A program made the position numbers and the translations under genes. Below the pieces are notes generated by a model. The model was given only the letters and a program-made list of their open reading frames with translations, searched no databases and was not told the origin of the DNA. Positions 54,890 to 63,203 of a stretch of DNA of 63,203 bases are shown in pieces. Origin of the DNA: a virus (lineage: Duplodnaviria > Caudoviricetes). The stretch is taken from the IMG/VR virus record IMGVR_UViG_3300043436_001856, positions 1 to 63,203 of that record; one strand, written 5' to 3'. Position 1 is the stretch's first letter. Every line of letters begins with the position of its first letter.

Positions 54890-55285
54890 TTATAGGTTTA
54901 TTTTGGCTTTTTCCCAACTAAGGATTGAACGAATTGCGTCTATTTGGTGAACTGAAGAAGCGTTTATCCTGTCAAATGCGTTTTTTAAACGTGACCATTC
55001 ACGCGCCTTACTTTTAACCCACATATTTACAGTTGACGTTGCCAATTTGCCTTCCATTATTTCGTGTATTTTGTCGCCAATTTCCATATCAATAACGCAT
55101 TCAATTTTATATTCTGCGGCGGTTCTATATTCGCCTGATTGTGTCATTGCAACGTTTAGCGTGTCCAATCGTTTTATCAATGCGTCGTGGTAATCCGCCG
55201 AATCATTTTTAGGTAATGGCTTCTGTAAAAAGTCCAACATTTTTTCCGCCTTATTCGTTAATTCTTCAATTGTATATTCGCGCAT
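54890..55285 (-). CDS. Hypothetical helical protein (copy B)
   Basis: Orthologue of 23264..23659. Confidence 0.6.
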   Translation of the reverse strand: MREYTIEELTNKAEKMLDFLQKPLPKNDSADYHDALIKRLDTLNVAMTQSGEYRTAAEYKIECVIDMEIGDKIHEIMEGKLATSTVNMWVKSKAREWSRLKNAFDRINASSVHQIDAIRSILSWEKAKINL

Positions 55286-55836
55286 TATTTACTAATTTGG
55301 TTGTTTTGTAATACTTTCAAAGCTTTGTTGTAATCGTCTTCTTTTGTAAACGATTCAATTTTGATCGCCATTTTATTCTTTTTGTCTTCTGTGAATGGCG
55401 TATTCTCTAATAAAGTTTGCAAATATAAACGTTTATCGTCACCAACTTCGTCTTTGTGTTCGTTGGTTGCGTCTGCGTCTTTTGTATCGTCGATCGCAAA
55501 CAGTCCGTTTAATGCAGATTTGCGGGCGTATGAAGAAGCTGACCCGGTTATTTGTGCGGCGTCCATTCCTTTCTTTACTTCTTCTTCGCGTGCATAACCT
55601 GAAGTACGAACAATTACTTCGTTTTGCTCATTTACTAACGCAGCAACCGCCTTTACATAAAATCGGTCGTCGTAATGTTCAATCGCGTCTGAAATAACTA
55701 AATAATAACCGTACTTCGCAATAATAGGTTTAACGGCTTCAATAATGTCTTCGGCGCTTCTGTACCTGTAATTGCCGAACTTATTTACTTGACCCTTTGG
55801 CGCTTTTAATTCTGCCTGAATTTTTACAATACTCAT
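55285..55836 (-). CDS. erf: ERF single-strand annealing protein (copy B)
   Basis: Same motifs; central segment diverged. Confidence 0.9.
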   Translation of the reverse strand: MSIVKIQAELKAPKGQVNKFGNYRYRSAEDIIEAVKPIIAKYGYYLVISDAIEHYDDRFYVKAVAALVNEQNEVIVRTSGYAREEEVKKGMDAAQITGSASSYARKSALNGLFAIDDTKDADATNEHKDEVGDDKRLYLQTLLENTPFTEDKKNKMAIKIESFTKEDDYNKALKVLQNNQISK

Positions 55837-55853
55837 ATAGGTTTTTTTTGGTT

Positions 55854-56102
55854 TTAAAATTCGTATTCTTCAAATTTTTCTGACCATTCCGACATTGGCG
55901 TAAATGGTTCTTTTGGGAAATTGTTTTTTGGTTGCTCCAATAGTTGTGGGTAATGTTTCTTTTTAAAGTTCTTCAAATTTTCTTTTGCTGAATTTAACAT
56001 TTCCATACGTTTTCGCGCATCTGTCGCGTTGCTAATATCAAATAACCATTGGAAATAACGTACGTTTTCCTGAAGTTTAAAAAGCTTTAATTCTAAATTC
56101 AT
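55854..56102 (-). CDS. Hypothetical protein (copy B)
   Basis: Orthologue of 24225..24473. Confidence 0.7.
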   Translation of the reverse strand: MNLELKLFKLQENVRYFQWLFDISNATDARKRMEMLNSAKENLKNFKKKHYPQLLEQPKNNFPKEPFTPMSEWSEKFEEYEF

Positions 56103-56311
56103 TGTACTTGGTGTTTAATAAATACGTCTTCAATATGTTCTAAAGCTGAATGCGCAAGTTCTTCAATTCGTTCAATATTGTTTTCTTTTACATAATGTAA
56201 AATAAGATTCAAAGAACCGCGACTGAATCCCAATGCGCCTGCATAGTCTGCGGCGCGGCTTAATGGCTTATGCATTAATTCACCGATTGTTGTTTGTGTT
56301 TCTGTATTCAT
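56099..56311 (-). CDS. Hypothetical protein (copy B)
   Basis: Orthologue of 24470..24679. Confidence 0.7.
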   Translation of the reverse strand: MNTETQTTIGELMHKPLSRAADYAGALGFSRGSLNLILHYVKENNIERIEELAHSALEHIEDVFIKHQVQ

Positions 56312-56328
56312 TTGGTTTGTTTAGACAA

Positions 56329-56360
56329 CAAATATACAGGTTTTACACAATGTAAACAAA
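56329..56360 (-). promoter_or_regulatory. Early promoter 2 (copy B)
   Basis: TTTG-N20-TATATTTG. Confidence 0.75.
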
Positions 56361-56404
56361 GTTATTTAGTGACGAACGGTAAAATAAACTGATGAATGGT
56401 AAAA

Positions 56405-56839
56405 TTAACCCAAATTTTTGTGGAAATACAACATTTCGTCCCCGCCGTAAGCGTATTCAGGGAAATAAAACTTAAATCCGCAGGCAATTAGATTGTTTGC
56501 CGACGGGTAATTGTCCTTTGTAGTGTATGTAATTGCAATATAGCAGCTTTCTTTAGCCGCTTTCAATCTTATTTTAATAAGCTTCTTTTGTATTCCTAAA
56601 CCCCTAAACCTTTTGTCAACCCACGCGCGGTTGAATATGCAAATTCCCTGCGTATAAATAGAACCGCAATAAGCAACAATTGTTTTCTTTTTATCTAATA
56701 TAACCCACCAATCCCGGTTCTGTTTAAACTCGTTACCGCAACCCTTGAAATTTGGGTTGGTACGATCTAATTCCTGAAGCTGAATATAAGCGTCAAAGTT
56801 TAGAATTTTGCCTTTGCTATATATTTTTAAAAGTTTCAT
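56405..56839 (-). CDS. GNAT acetyltransferase (copy B)
   Basis: Orthologue of 24773..25207. Confidence 0.85.
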   Translation of the reverse strand: MKLLKIYSKGKILNFDAYIQLQELDRTNPNFKGCGNEFKQNRDWWVILDKKKTIVAYCGSIYTQGICIFNRAWVDKRFRGLGIQKKLIKIRLKAAKESCYIAITYTTKDNYPSANNLIACGFKFYFPEYAYGGDEMLYFHKNLG

Positions 56840-57027
56840 TATAAACCTTTTAACTCCGCTTCGTCCGGGCGTTCTATTTCCTTGAATTCAATTCTGTTTC
56901 CGCCGCGAATCTTTGCCAAATTGCGCCTAATATCCTGTTCAATTGCGTATAATTCCTGAAGCTTCTTTGTGAAAAATTCGTCTTGTTGGGACAAAGTCCA
57001 TTTATTAAATCCCTTTGGCATTCGCAT
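56839..57027 (-). CDS. Hypothetical protein (copy B)
   Basis: Orthologue of 25207..25395. Confidence 0.65.
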   Translation of the reverse strand: MRMPKGFNKWTLSQQDEFFTKKLQELYAIEQDIRRNLAKIRGGNRIEFKEIERPDEAELKGL

Positions 57028-57208
57028 CTTTTTTTAGTTTTATAAGTTTTTTCAAATATATTGATAAGTCCAAAGCTTCTTCGTAAGCGTGTTGCAACCA
57101 ATCAATTTCCGTTAGGTCTGTTCTGTCCATTGTTGTACCGTATTCCTTAATCCCTTTGTCTTCACGTGCCAACAAGTCGTCAATAATTGTATATAGGATT
57201 TTGCTCAT
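57005..57208 (-). CDS. NTP-pyrophosphatase-like small protein (copy B)
   Basis: Orthologue of 25370..25576. Confidence 0.55.
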   Translation of the reverse strand: MSKILYTIIDDLLAREDKGIKEYGTTMDRTDLTEIDWLQHAYEEALDLSIYLKKLIKLKKDANAKGI

Positions 57209-57960
57209 TATTTGTCTGTTTTTGTATGAAATTTATTACAAACTTTACATTGATATTGTATTTTAACAACACCTGTTGCAGTTGTACGTGACATATTTTT
57301 TATTAAGTTTTCAGAATCCGCGCCACATTCCGGGCAACTTCCCCTGTCTTGACCAAATACAACTCCGTAATGCGTCTTTGGCGCGATATGGTTGCCTAAT
57401 AACTTGTAAACTTCTTCTAATAATGAAACGTCCTTTTTACAGTACTTAATCATTTTTTCCATTGCAACCTTATCTTTGTTCAATAGAATATCCTTCCAAA
57501 GATTAAATTCGGTTTTAATTTTACCGCCTAAGCCTAAAAATTCAGCAATGTAATTTAACCTGTTTGATTGAAAACGGAATTTAGAACGGGCAACCTTTAG
57601 CGTATCAATTGTTTGATAATTTGGAAACATATCGATACCGTGAAATAAACAACGGGTTCTGATCCAAGCCAAATCAAATTTGTCGCCATTGTGACCAACC
57701 AATTCGTTAGCAGTATTTGCAACCTTAACAAACTGTTCCAACATTCTTTTGTCATTCTGTTTGGCGTCCCATTGTAAAGCATAAACTTCTTTTTCGTCTT
57801 CCCATTTATAACAAATGCAAATAATTGCACGTTCCCGAATAATGTTATCTGTTGTAATATTCTTTTTGTAGCCGGCTTCCCAAAATAATCCTATGTTTGG
57901 CGAAGTTTCAATATCAAAGAATAGTCTGCGGCGTTTTGTTTTTAGGTTTGTTTTTGTCAT
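57208..57960 (-). CDS. RNase H-fold exonuclease with Zn ribbon (copy B)
   Basis: Orthologue of 25576..26328. Confidence 0.85.
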   Translation of the reverse strand: MTKTNLKTKRRRLFFDIETSPNIGLFWEAGYKKNITTDNIIRERAIICICYKWEDEKEVYALQWDAKQNDKRMLEQFVKVANTANELVGHNGDKFDLAWIRTRCLFHGIDMFPNYQTIDTLKVARSKFRFQSNRLNYIAEFLGLGGKIKTEFNLWKDILLNKDKVAMEKMIKYCKKDVSLLEEVYKLLGNHIAPKTHYGVVFGQDRGSCPECGADSENLIKNMSRTTATGVVKIQYQCKVCNKFHTKTDK

Positions 57961-57967
57961 ATTAGGT

Positions 57968-58474
57968 TTAAATTAGAACGAATCCGTTTTTGTCAACTTT
58001 GTTTTGGGTGTGCAACAATTGCAGTTCTTTTATTGATTTTCCAAACGTTTTTTGGAAATGCGGCATATCTATAAACCGCCAATCGCCACCCCATTCGTAA
58101 CCGTATCGTTTAAAAATATTGACAACTTCAATCCAATCCGCTTTGCCGTCTTTGTCAAAATCTGTTTTTGTGTCCCAACTTGCAGTTTCAAAAGTTCCGT
58201 TTTTATCTTTGTCAACCAATAAAACAATGTCAATTGCTAAACCGTAATTATGATATGATTGACCGCCCTTTGCATTTGTAACCTTTGCGCCCGGCTTTGA
58301 CCGCCCTTGCGCATATAACGCGTCCTGTTCTGCGAAGGTTCTTAAAGTGTACGCAAAACGACAGGCTGCATAACCTGACAATGCCGAAACAATGTCGTCG
58401 TACATTTCCAAAGCTTCGTCCCTTAATTTAGGGTGCAATAGCTTAATTCGTTCAATTGTTTTTTGATCCTTCAT
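57968..58474 (-). CDS. M15 peptidase endolysin (copy B; start MKDQK)
   Basis: Orthologue of 26336..26842. Confidence 0.9.
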   Translation of the reverse strand: MKDQKTIERIKLLHPKLRDEALEMYDDIVSALSGYAACRFAYTLRTFAEQDALYAQGRSKPGAKVTNAKGGQSYHNYGLAIDIVLLVDKDKNGTFETASWDTKTDFDKDGKADWIEVVNIFKRYGYEWGGDWRFIDMPHFQKTFGKSIKELQLLHTQNKVDKNGFVLI

Positions 58475-58664
58475 TTTCTGCGCTAAAAAAGTTTGATAAA
58501 AATTTTGCCACAAACGTCGTTACCAATGTAATATATGCAAATAATTTGTAATCCGACATAAAAGAATAAGCCGAAATTGCCAAAGACGCAGCGCTTAAAG
58601 CGTCCGCGAATTTCCTAATATTCTTAGGCGTAGGCTTCCAATATTGTTTCCAACCAAATGCCAT
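58452..58664 (-). CDS. Holin-like two-TM protein, copy B allele (non-homologous replacement)
   Basis: 70 aa, WKPTPKxxRK plus two hydrophobic helices in the same slot as 26845..27033. Confidence 0.55.
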   Translation of the reverse strand: MAFGWKQYWKPTPKNIRKFADALSAASLAISAYSFMSDYKLFAYITLVTTFVAKFLSNFFSAENEGSKNN

Positions 58665-58665
58665 A

Positions 58666-59208
58666 TTAAAATTTTAAATAATATCCTAACGAATATCCGT
58701 TTGTTGTCGCGTTTGCCGTTACAATCCCTTTTTTAGCCGTTTTAAATGCGCCACCAATACCAACACCCAATTGTCTGTTATCCTGTCTTAAATCAAACAT
58801 AAAGCCGAAATAAAGCGCACTTTTGTCTTTGGGTATTATTGTTTCTTTGACTAAAATTGTCTTTTCGCTTATTTTAGCCGTAAAACCCCTGCCAACAATC
58901 TTATTTTGGCTTATTGTGTCCTGAACATATACGTAATTATTCGTATCTATCCGTAAACTATCCGAATACGCTTTTACTTCAAAATAACGCTTCAGTATTT
59001 CAGCCGTGTCAACCTTTTGCGCCTCAACCCTAAACGTGTCAATTACCTTGTATGGTATTGAATCGCCTTTGTACCATTTTTTAATTACAGTATCTTTGTA
59101 AAGCGTGTCCGTTACAATCGTAATACTTGCGCCTTTGTATTGCGGTTGCGTTGTTAAAAATAAAACGACAATTGCCAATAAAACAACTATCAAAATATTT
59201 TTAATCAT
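58666..59208 (-). CDS. Spanin-candidate membrane protein (copy B)
   Basis: Diverged orthologue of 27035..27577. Confidence 0.55.
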   Translation of the reverse strand: MIKNILIVVLLAIVVLFLTTQPQYKGASITIVTDTLYKDTVIKKWYKGDSIPYKVIDTFRVEAQKVDTAEILKRYFEVKAYSDSLRIDTNNYVYVQDTISQNKIVGRGFTAKISEKTILVKETIIPKDKSALYFGFMFDLRQDNRQLGVGIGGAFKTAKKGIVTANATTNGYSLGYYLKF

Positions 59209-59380
59209 TCTTTACTTTTTTCGTGGCATTGTAATAATAGCGAATCGCCATAATACCGGAAACAATAGCGACCAAACCCGCTATTAATGTGACAACAGGT
59301 TGTATTGTTGTAACGCTTACAATCGCACCGATCGTGCTAACTAATACACCAAAATCCGCTTGGTCGCTATGTTGTGCCAT
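59201..59380 (-). CDS. Holin-like protein (copy B)
   Basis: Orthologue of 27570..27749. Confidence 0.6.
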   Translation of the reverse strand: MAQHSDQADFGVLVSTIGAIVSVTTIQPVVTLIAGLVAIVSGIMAIRYYYNATKKVKND

Positions 59381-59383
59381 ATT

Positions 59384-59779
59384 TTAAAGTTCTTCTTCTG
59401 TTATAAATTCAACGCCTGTTAACCAATCCTTTAGAAAAGTAAATTCTTCTAAACCTGCGGGATTAACAACGTTTATTGGTTCGTATTTAAATTCCTTTTC
59501 AGTTAATTCTTTGACTTGCTTCATTACTTTTTTCAACCCTTCTTTGCTAAACTTATACCCGCCTTTTTCTTCTTTTAAAATTACCCCTTTGTCGTCTGTT
59601 GAAGCGTTATCAATTCTTATTTCCTCAACTTGTTCATTGTATTCGTTAATATATTTTTCAAGTTTTTTAGCAACTTTCCCAAGTTTTTGCGAAATTTTAG
59701 TATCCTGTCCTTTTACTTGTTGGTTTACAACTTCATTGTTCAAGTTGTTTACTAATTCCAATAGGTTTTTGTAAGTCAT
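59384..59779 (-). CDS. Hypothetical coiled-coil protein (copy B)
   Basis: Orthologue of 27753..28148. Confidence 0.65.
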   Translation of the reverse strand: MTYKNLLELVNNLNNEVVNQQVKGQDTKISQKLGKVAKKLEKYINEYNEQVEEIRIDNASTDDKGVILKEEKGGYKFSKEGLKKVMKQVKELTEKEFKYEPINVVNPAGLEEFTFLKDWLTGVEFITEEEL

Positions 59780-59784
59780 AAATT

Positions 59785-60192
59785 TTATTTAATAATTAAT
59801 AATATTAGTAAAATTAATACTTTTATCAATGCCGAAGCATATTCAGGCTTTATTTTTATAAATTCTGCAACCTTACGAATAAATAAATCTGTTTGCGCCG
59901 TTTGACCAACATAAAATGCCGGTCTTTTTAGAACAATAATATTGCAAAGAATGTCAAAACCAAACCAAAATGCAGTCGCAAAAAATACCATTGAAAAGAA
60001 GCCATAAAGCGACCAAACTAATACGTAAACTGACAAATGGTTTATTCCCTTCCAAATATGCCATTTTTTATTCTCAATATATGATTCTTCTTTGCTTATT
60101 GCATAATAATCACGTTCATTAAATTGGTGCTTTTGGTATAAAACCCAACTAATTAAGTGAACTAAAAATACTATTGATAAAAATATTGTCAT
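59785..60192 (-). CDS. Hypothetical membrane protein (copy B)
   Basis: Orthologue of 28154..28561. Confidence 0.65.
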   Translation of the reverse strand: MTIFLSIVFLVHLISWVLYQKHQFNERDYYAISKEESYIENKKWHIWKGINHLSVYVLVWSLYGFFSMVFFATAFWFGFDILCNIIVLKRPAFYVGQTAQTDLFIRKVAEFIKIKPEYASALIKVLILLILLIIK

Positions 60193-60446
60193 TATTCTGC
60201 TATTAATTCTAAATTTAATTTTTTAGCCGCCCAATTCCAAGCATATTCATCTGTTTTCCAATCTTGATAATCTTTGCCTTCCATAAATAAGTTTCCTTCA
60301 TTCAATTTAATATTATCATCTGAAAATAAAGCAAAATAAAAAATTGCTGAAGTTTTTAAATTAACATTAATAGCCTGTAATTGAAATTGTGTTGCTTCAA
60401 TTAATTTACCATTATCCCAAATTTGTATTGATTTTATTTTTTTCAT
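60192..60446 (-). CDS. Fibre-associated small protein, copy B only
   Basis: 84 aa, GNL.M.G.DY..W...YAWNW.A.KLNL, directly after the fibre gene. Confidence 0.65.
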   Translation of the reverse strand: MKKIKSIQIWDNGKLIEATQFQLQAINVNLKTSAIFYFALFSDDNIKLNEGNLFMEGKDYQDWKTDEYAWNWAAKKLNLELIAE

Positions 60447-60447
60447 T

Positions 60448-62709
60448 TTATTTATTTATTAATGCTTTTAATTCTTCAATTTGTTTTTGTTGTTCTTGTA
60501 CTGATTTTACTAATGCTGCAATAATTGGTCTATCTTGCAAACCTATAAACTTATTATTATCATCACCACTTTCAACATATGCTTGAGGAATAAAATGTTT
60601 AACTTCTTGCGCAATAAATCCTAATTGCTTTTGCATAGATTCATCATCATTTTTCATTCTATACAAAGTAGGTTTTAAATTTAAAATTTCGTTTAATCCA
60701 ATTGTAGATTCTTCAAAATCTTTCTTTTTATTAATATCAGATAATGCAGTATAAACACCTGTTGTTGCACTTATTTCAGCTAAAAAAGCAGGTGTGCCAT
60801 CATTATACAAACGTAAACCTGCATTATAACCAATCCATAAATAATTAAATGACCCTTCTCTATTTTGAGTACCTAAAGCTGCACTTGTACCTAATGCAAA
60901 AAGCACACCTGTAACACTTGCAAAACCATTAACTTGCAATTTATAACCATTGTCTGTTGTAGAATTTATTAATAAATTTCCTGAACTTGTCATTAACATT
61001 TTAGTTACAGGTGTACCACTTGCACCACTATTTGAAGTGTACCATTCAAAACCGTGATATGCATTAAATCTCATTCTATCACCAAAAGGTGCATTGATTG
61101 CACCAAAAGTGTCTGAAGCAGTTGTACCAAGTCCTATAAAAGGATTATCCCCTGTTGTATATCCACCGGCTGCACCAAAAATAGTATGTCCTATTCTATT
61201 TGTTAAAGTATTTATTAATGTAGTAGCGCCAAGATAATTTAATATTAATGCATCTGTTAAAGTATTTGTAGAACTTGAAACTTGAACAGTTAAACCACCT
61301 CTTTCTCCGTCAAAATTATTTGTTTTTAAAGCATAATATCCTAATCCTGAAGCCGGAAAAGAAGAATTTGCTCTACCATAAATTAAACCATTTACTACTA
61401 AACTGCTTGAAAAAACACCAACACCTGCGCTGCTTAAAGTAAATTTAGGTGCTGATAAATCAAAATTTGATGAAAAATATAAAGTTCCGTCACTTGGCTT
61501 TGTACCAATTGCCCACCTATCCGCAACACCATTTTCAGTAAATGAAATAACACCATTTCTTGTTGAAGTATGTCTAATATTTGCTTCAATTTGTGTACTT
61601 CCATTATCTCTAATTAAGACAGACCCATTTGTTAAAGAAACTGTTAAAATATTTGTAAAAGTTTTAGCACCACCAATTGATTGTGTTGTTGTTAAGTCAA
61701 CAAAATTTTGCGTTGTTGAACCCGTACCACCATTTGCAATTGACAAAGCATTTGTAAGCGTTAAACTTTTTAATGTCGTAACACCTGTTGAACGAACTAT
61801 TGAAAAAGGTGTTTCTAATAAAGAACCTGCATCTGTGTATGTTCTTAAAAAAAAGTTAGCACCTGCATTTGAACCTGATTCTGTACCTGAAACTTCTAAG
61901 TTAATTCTATTACTATTGTCTGAACGGAAACTAATTGATTTTGCAACAGAAACGTTTGCGTCTAAGTTAGCAATCAAAGCACTTGAACCGCCGTCAATAT
62001 GAAGTTTTGTTGTTGGGTTTGCAATACCAATTCCAAATTCGCCTGTTTGTAAAACTGAAACTAATTCGCTTGTTGTTGCTTCATTATAAATTCTAAATCT
62101 ATGGTCTGACTGAACATTACCAACTGACCATTTATTAGTTCCTGCGCTTGCAAAACCAATAAATGCGTTGTTTGTTGAAGTACCGTTTACGCGCGTAATA
62201 ATTCCTGACCCAAAAGTATCAATTGCAGTTGTTGGCGCGTTTGTACCAATACCCAATCTGTTGTTTGAATCGTCCCAAAATAAGTTTGCGTTATCCTGTA
62301 ATAAAGCGCCTGAAGCACCAATAAAACCAATTGAACCTGTCGTTAATGCGGTTGTAATTGTAAGCGTTGCAACTGAACCAACTAAACTAATAGTTCCGTC
62401 AAATCCGTTTGCGTCGTTAAATACCAATGAATTGATAATGTTAGGTGACAATTCAACGTAAGAAGTTAAACCCGTGTCCCAACGATATAAAACGTTTGTA
62501 TCTAAAGCAATATAAATAGTGTCAGCCGCACCAACCAAAGGAAACGAAGCAAGGTTTGCGTATTCCTCAACAGTACCCGTAAATAAAGACGCCATTTGTG
62601 AAAGCGTAATTTTTTTACTTATTCCTGTTGTCGGGTCGCCTATAATTGTCAAGTCTGACAACGCCGGCGTAAGTTCTGTCGCTAATTGGTTTATTTTCTT
62701 TGATTCCAT
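60448..62709 (-). CDS. Tail fibre with S74 chaperone (copy B; different distal half)
   Basis: N-terminal ~345 aa orthologous to copy A; SDxxxKK, GFIAQEV, LVKSVQE. Confidence 0.85.
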   Translation of the reverse strand: MESKKINQLATELTPALSDLTIIGDPTTGISKKITLSQMASLFTGTVEEYANLASFPLVGAADTIYIALDTNVLYRWDTGLTSYVELSPNIINSLVFNDANGFDGTISLVGSVATLTITTALTTGSIGFIGASGALLQDNANLFWDDSNNRLGIGTNAPTTAIDTFGSGIITRVNGTSTNNAFIGFASAGTNKWSVGNVQSDHRFRIYNEATTSELVSVLQTGEFGIGIANPTTKLHIDGGSSALIANLDANVSVAKSISFRSDNSNRINLEVSGTESGSNAGANFFLRTYTDAGSLLETPFSIVRSTGVTTLKSLTLTNALSIANGGTGSTTQNFVDLTTTQSIGGAKTFTNILTVSLTNGSVLIRDNGSTQIEANIRHTSTRNGVISFTENGVADRWAIGTKPSDGTLYFSSNFDLSAPKFTLSSAGVGVFSSSLVVNGLIYGRANSSFPASGLGYYALKTNNFDGERGGLTVQVSSSTNTLTDALILNYLGATTLINTLTNRIGHTIFGAAGGYTTGDNPFIGLGTTASDTFGAINAPFGDRMRFNAYHGFEWYTSNSGASGTPVTKMLMTSSGNLLINSTTDNGYKLQVNGFASVTGVLFALGTSAALGTQNREGSFNYLWIGYNAGLRLYNDGTPAFLAEISATTGVYTALSDINKKKDFEESTIGLNEILNLKPTLYRMKNDDESMQKQLGFIAQEVKHFIPQAYVESGDDNNKFIGLQDRPIIAALVKSVQEQQKQIEELKALINK

Positions 62710-63158
62710 TAATAAGTATAATTTGAAGGTACTTCGCACCTGTTGTTAATAAATGGTACTGTCAAAATCGCATCTAATTTAACGCCCGCTAATAAATCCG
62801 GGTCGCTTTCTGTATAAAATGTCACAGGTAAATTTTGGTTCAATGTCCAAGTAACCTTTTGGTAATCCATTGGAAACCTTAATTGCGCAACAATGTCGCC
62901 TGCAACCTGTGTCATATCTGATAATACTTCAGTTTCGTTTGTTTCTTCCATTAACATACGATCCATAAAGTAAAGACTAAACGAATAACTAATTTCCTTT
63001 GCAGCAACATTCGCACCGGTTAAGGTAAAAAACATTGCAGGATAAGTTACTTCGCCGTTACTTAAACGTTCCCAAACGTCCCCAAAATAAACAAAATTAA
63101 TTTGTTCGTGGGCGTTTCCTATCGTTGTCAGTTCTTTGACTATTTGGTTTAATGTCAT
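62709..63158 (-). CDS. Putative tail terminator (copy B)
   Basis: Orthologue of 30876..31325. Confidence 0.55.
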   Translation of the reverse strand: MTLNQIVKELTTIGNAHEQINFVYFGDVWERLSNGEVTYPAMFFTLTGANVAAKEISYSFSLYFMDRMLMEETNETEVLSDMTQVAGDIVAQLRFPMDYQKVTWTLNQNLPVTFYTESDPDLLAGVKLDAILTVPFINNRCEVPSNYTY

Positions 63159-63203
63159 TCTTTTTTTCTTTTGCCAAATAAACTTTAAGCTTATTTTGGT
63201 TTT
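63114..63203. repeat. 90-bp terminal direct repeat, identical to 1..90 and 31281..31370
   Basis: gtttcctatcgttgtcag...ttattttggtttt is read at all three positions; typical circular-contig overlap. Confidence 0.95.

Larger units (their letters stand above)
31281..63113 (-). mobile_element. Phage genome copy B (31,833 bp), diverged colinear relative of copy A
   Basis: Same gene order; most orthologous proteins near-identical, with many synonymous changes and a few gene swaps or insertions. Confidence 0.93.

Noticed and set aside
1-63203. Integrated tandem prophages with att sites
   Set aside because: No host genes, integrase or repressor; the junction lies inside a structural gene region

Overview
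The window holds two complete, colinear but diverged copies of one ~31 kb tailed (siphovirus-like) phage genome joined head-to-tail: copy A = 1..31280 and copy B = 31281..63113. Bases 63114..63203 repeat bases 1..90, as in a circular contig. All credible genes are on the minus strand. Promoter syntax (TTTG-N19-21-TAnnTTTG, no Shine-Dalgarno) and gene content point to a Bacteroidota host (inference). Each copy encodes terminase, portal, protease, scaffold, capsid, tail, tape measure, an S74-chaperoned fibre, an M15 endolysin, ERF, a replication initiator, a DnaA-domain-IV protein, a sigma-like factor and an LpxA-like/GT2/GT-B glycosylation cassette. I recognised no integrase, polymerase or methyltransferase. 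The dimer is most likely a chimeric assembly of two relatives: by eye copy A has no GATC and copy B has about 30. The two copies act as a natural alignment and expose several conserved elements: a covarying kissing-loop/terminator RNA in front of the replication initiator, a -1 frameshifted tail chaperone with a long dual-coding stretch, a candidate phage-sigma late promoter, tandem boxes upstream of both early promoters, and paired palindromes in a head-tail intergenic gap. All functional calls come from motif recognition by eye, not database searches.
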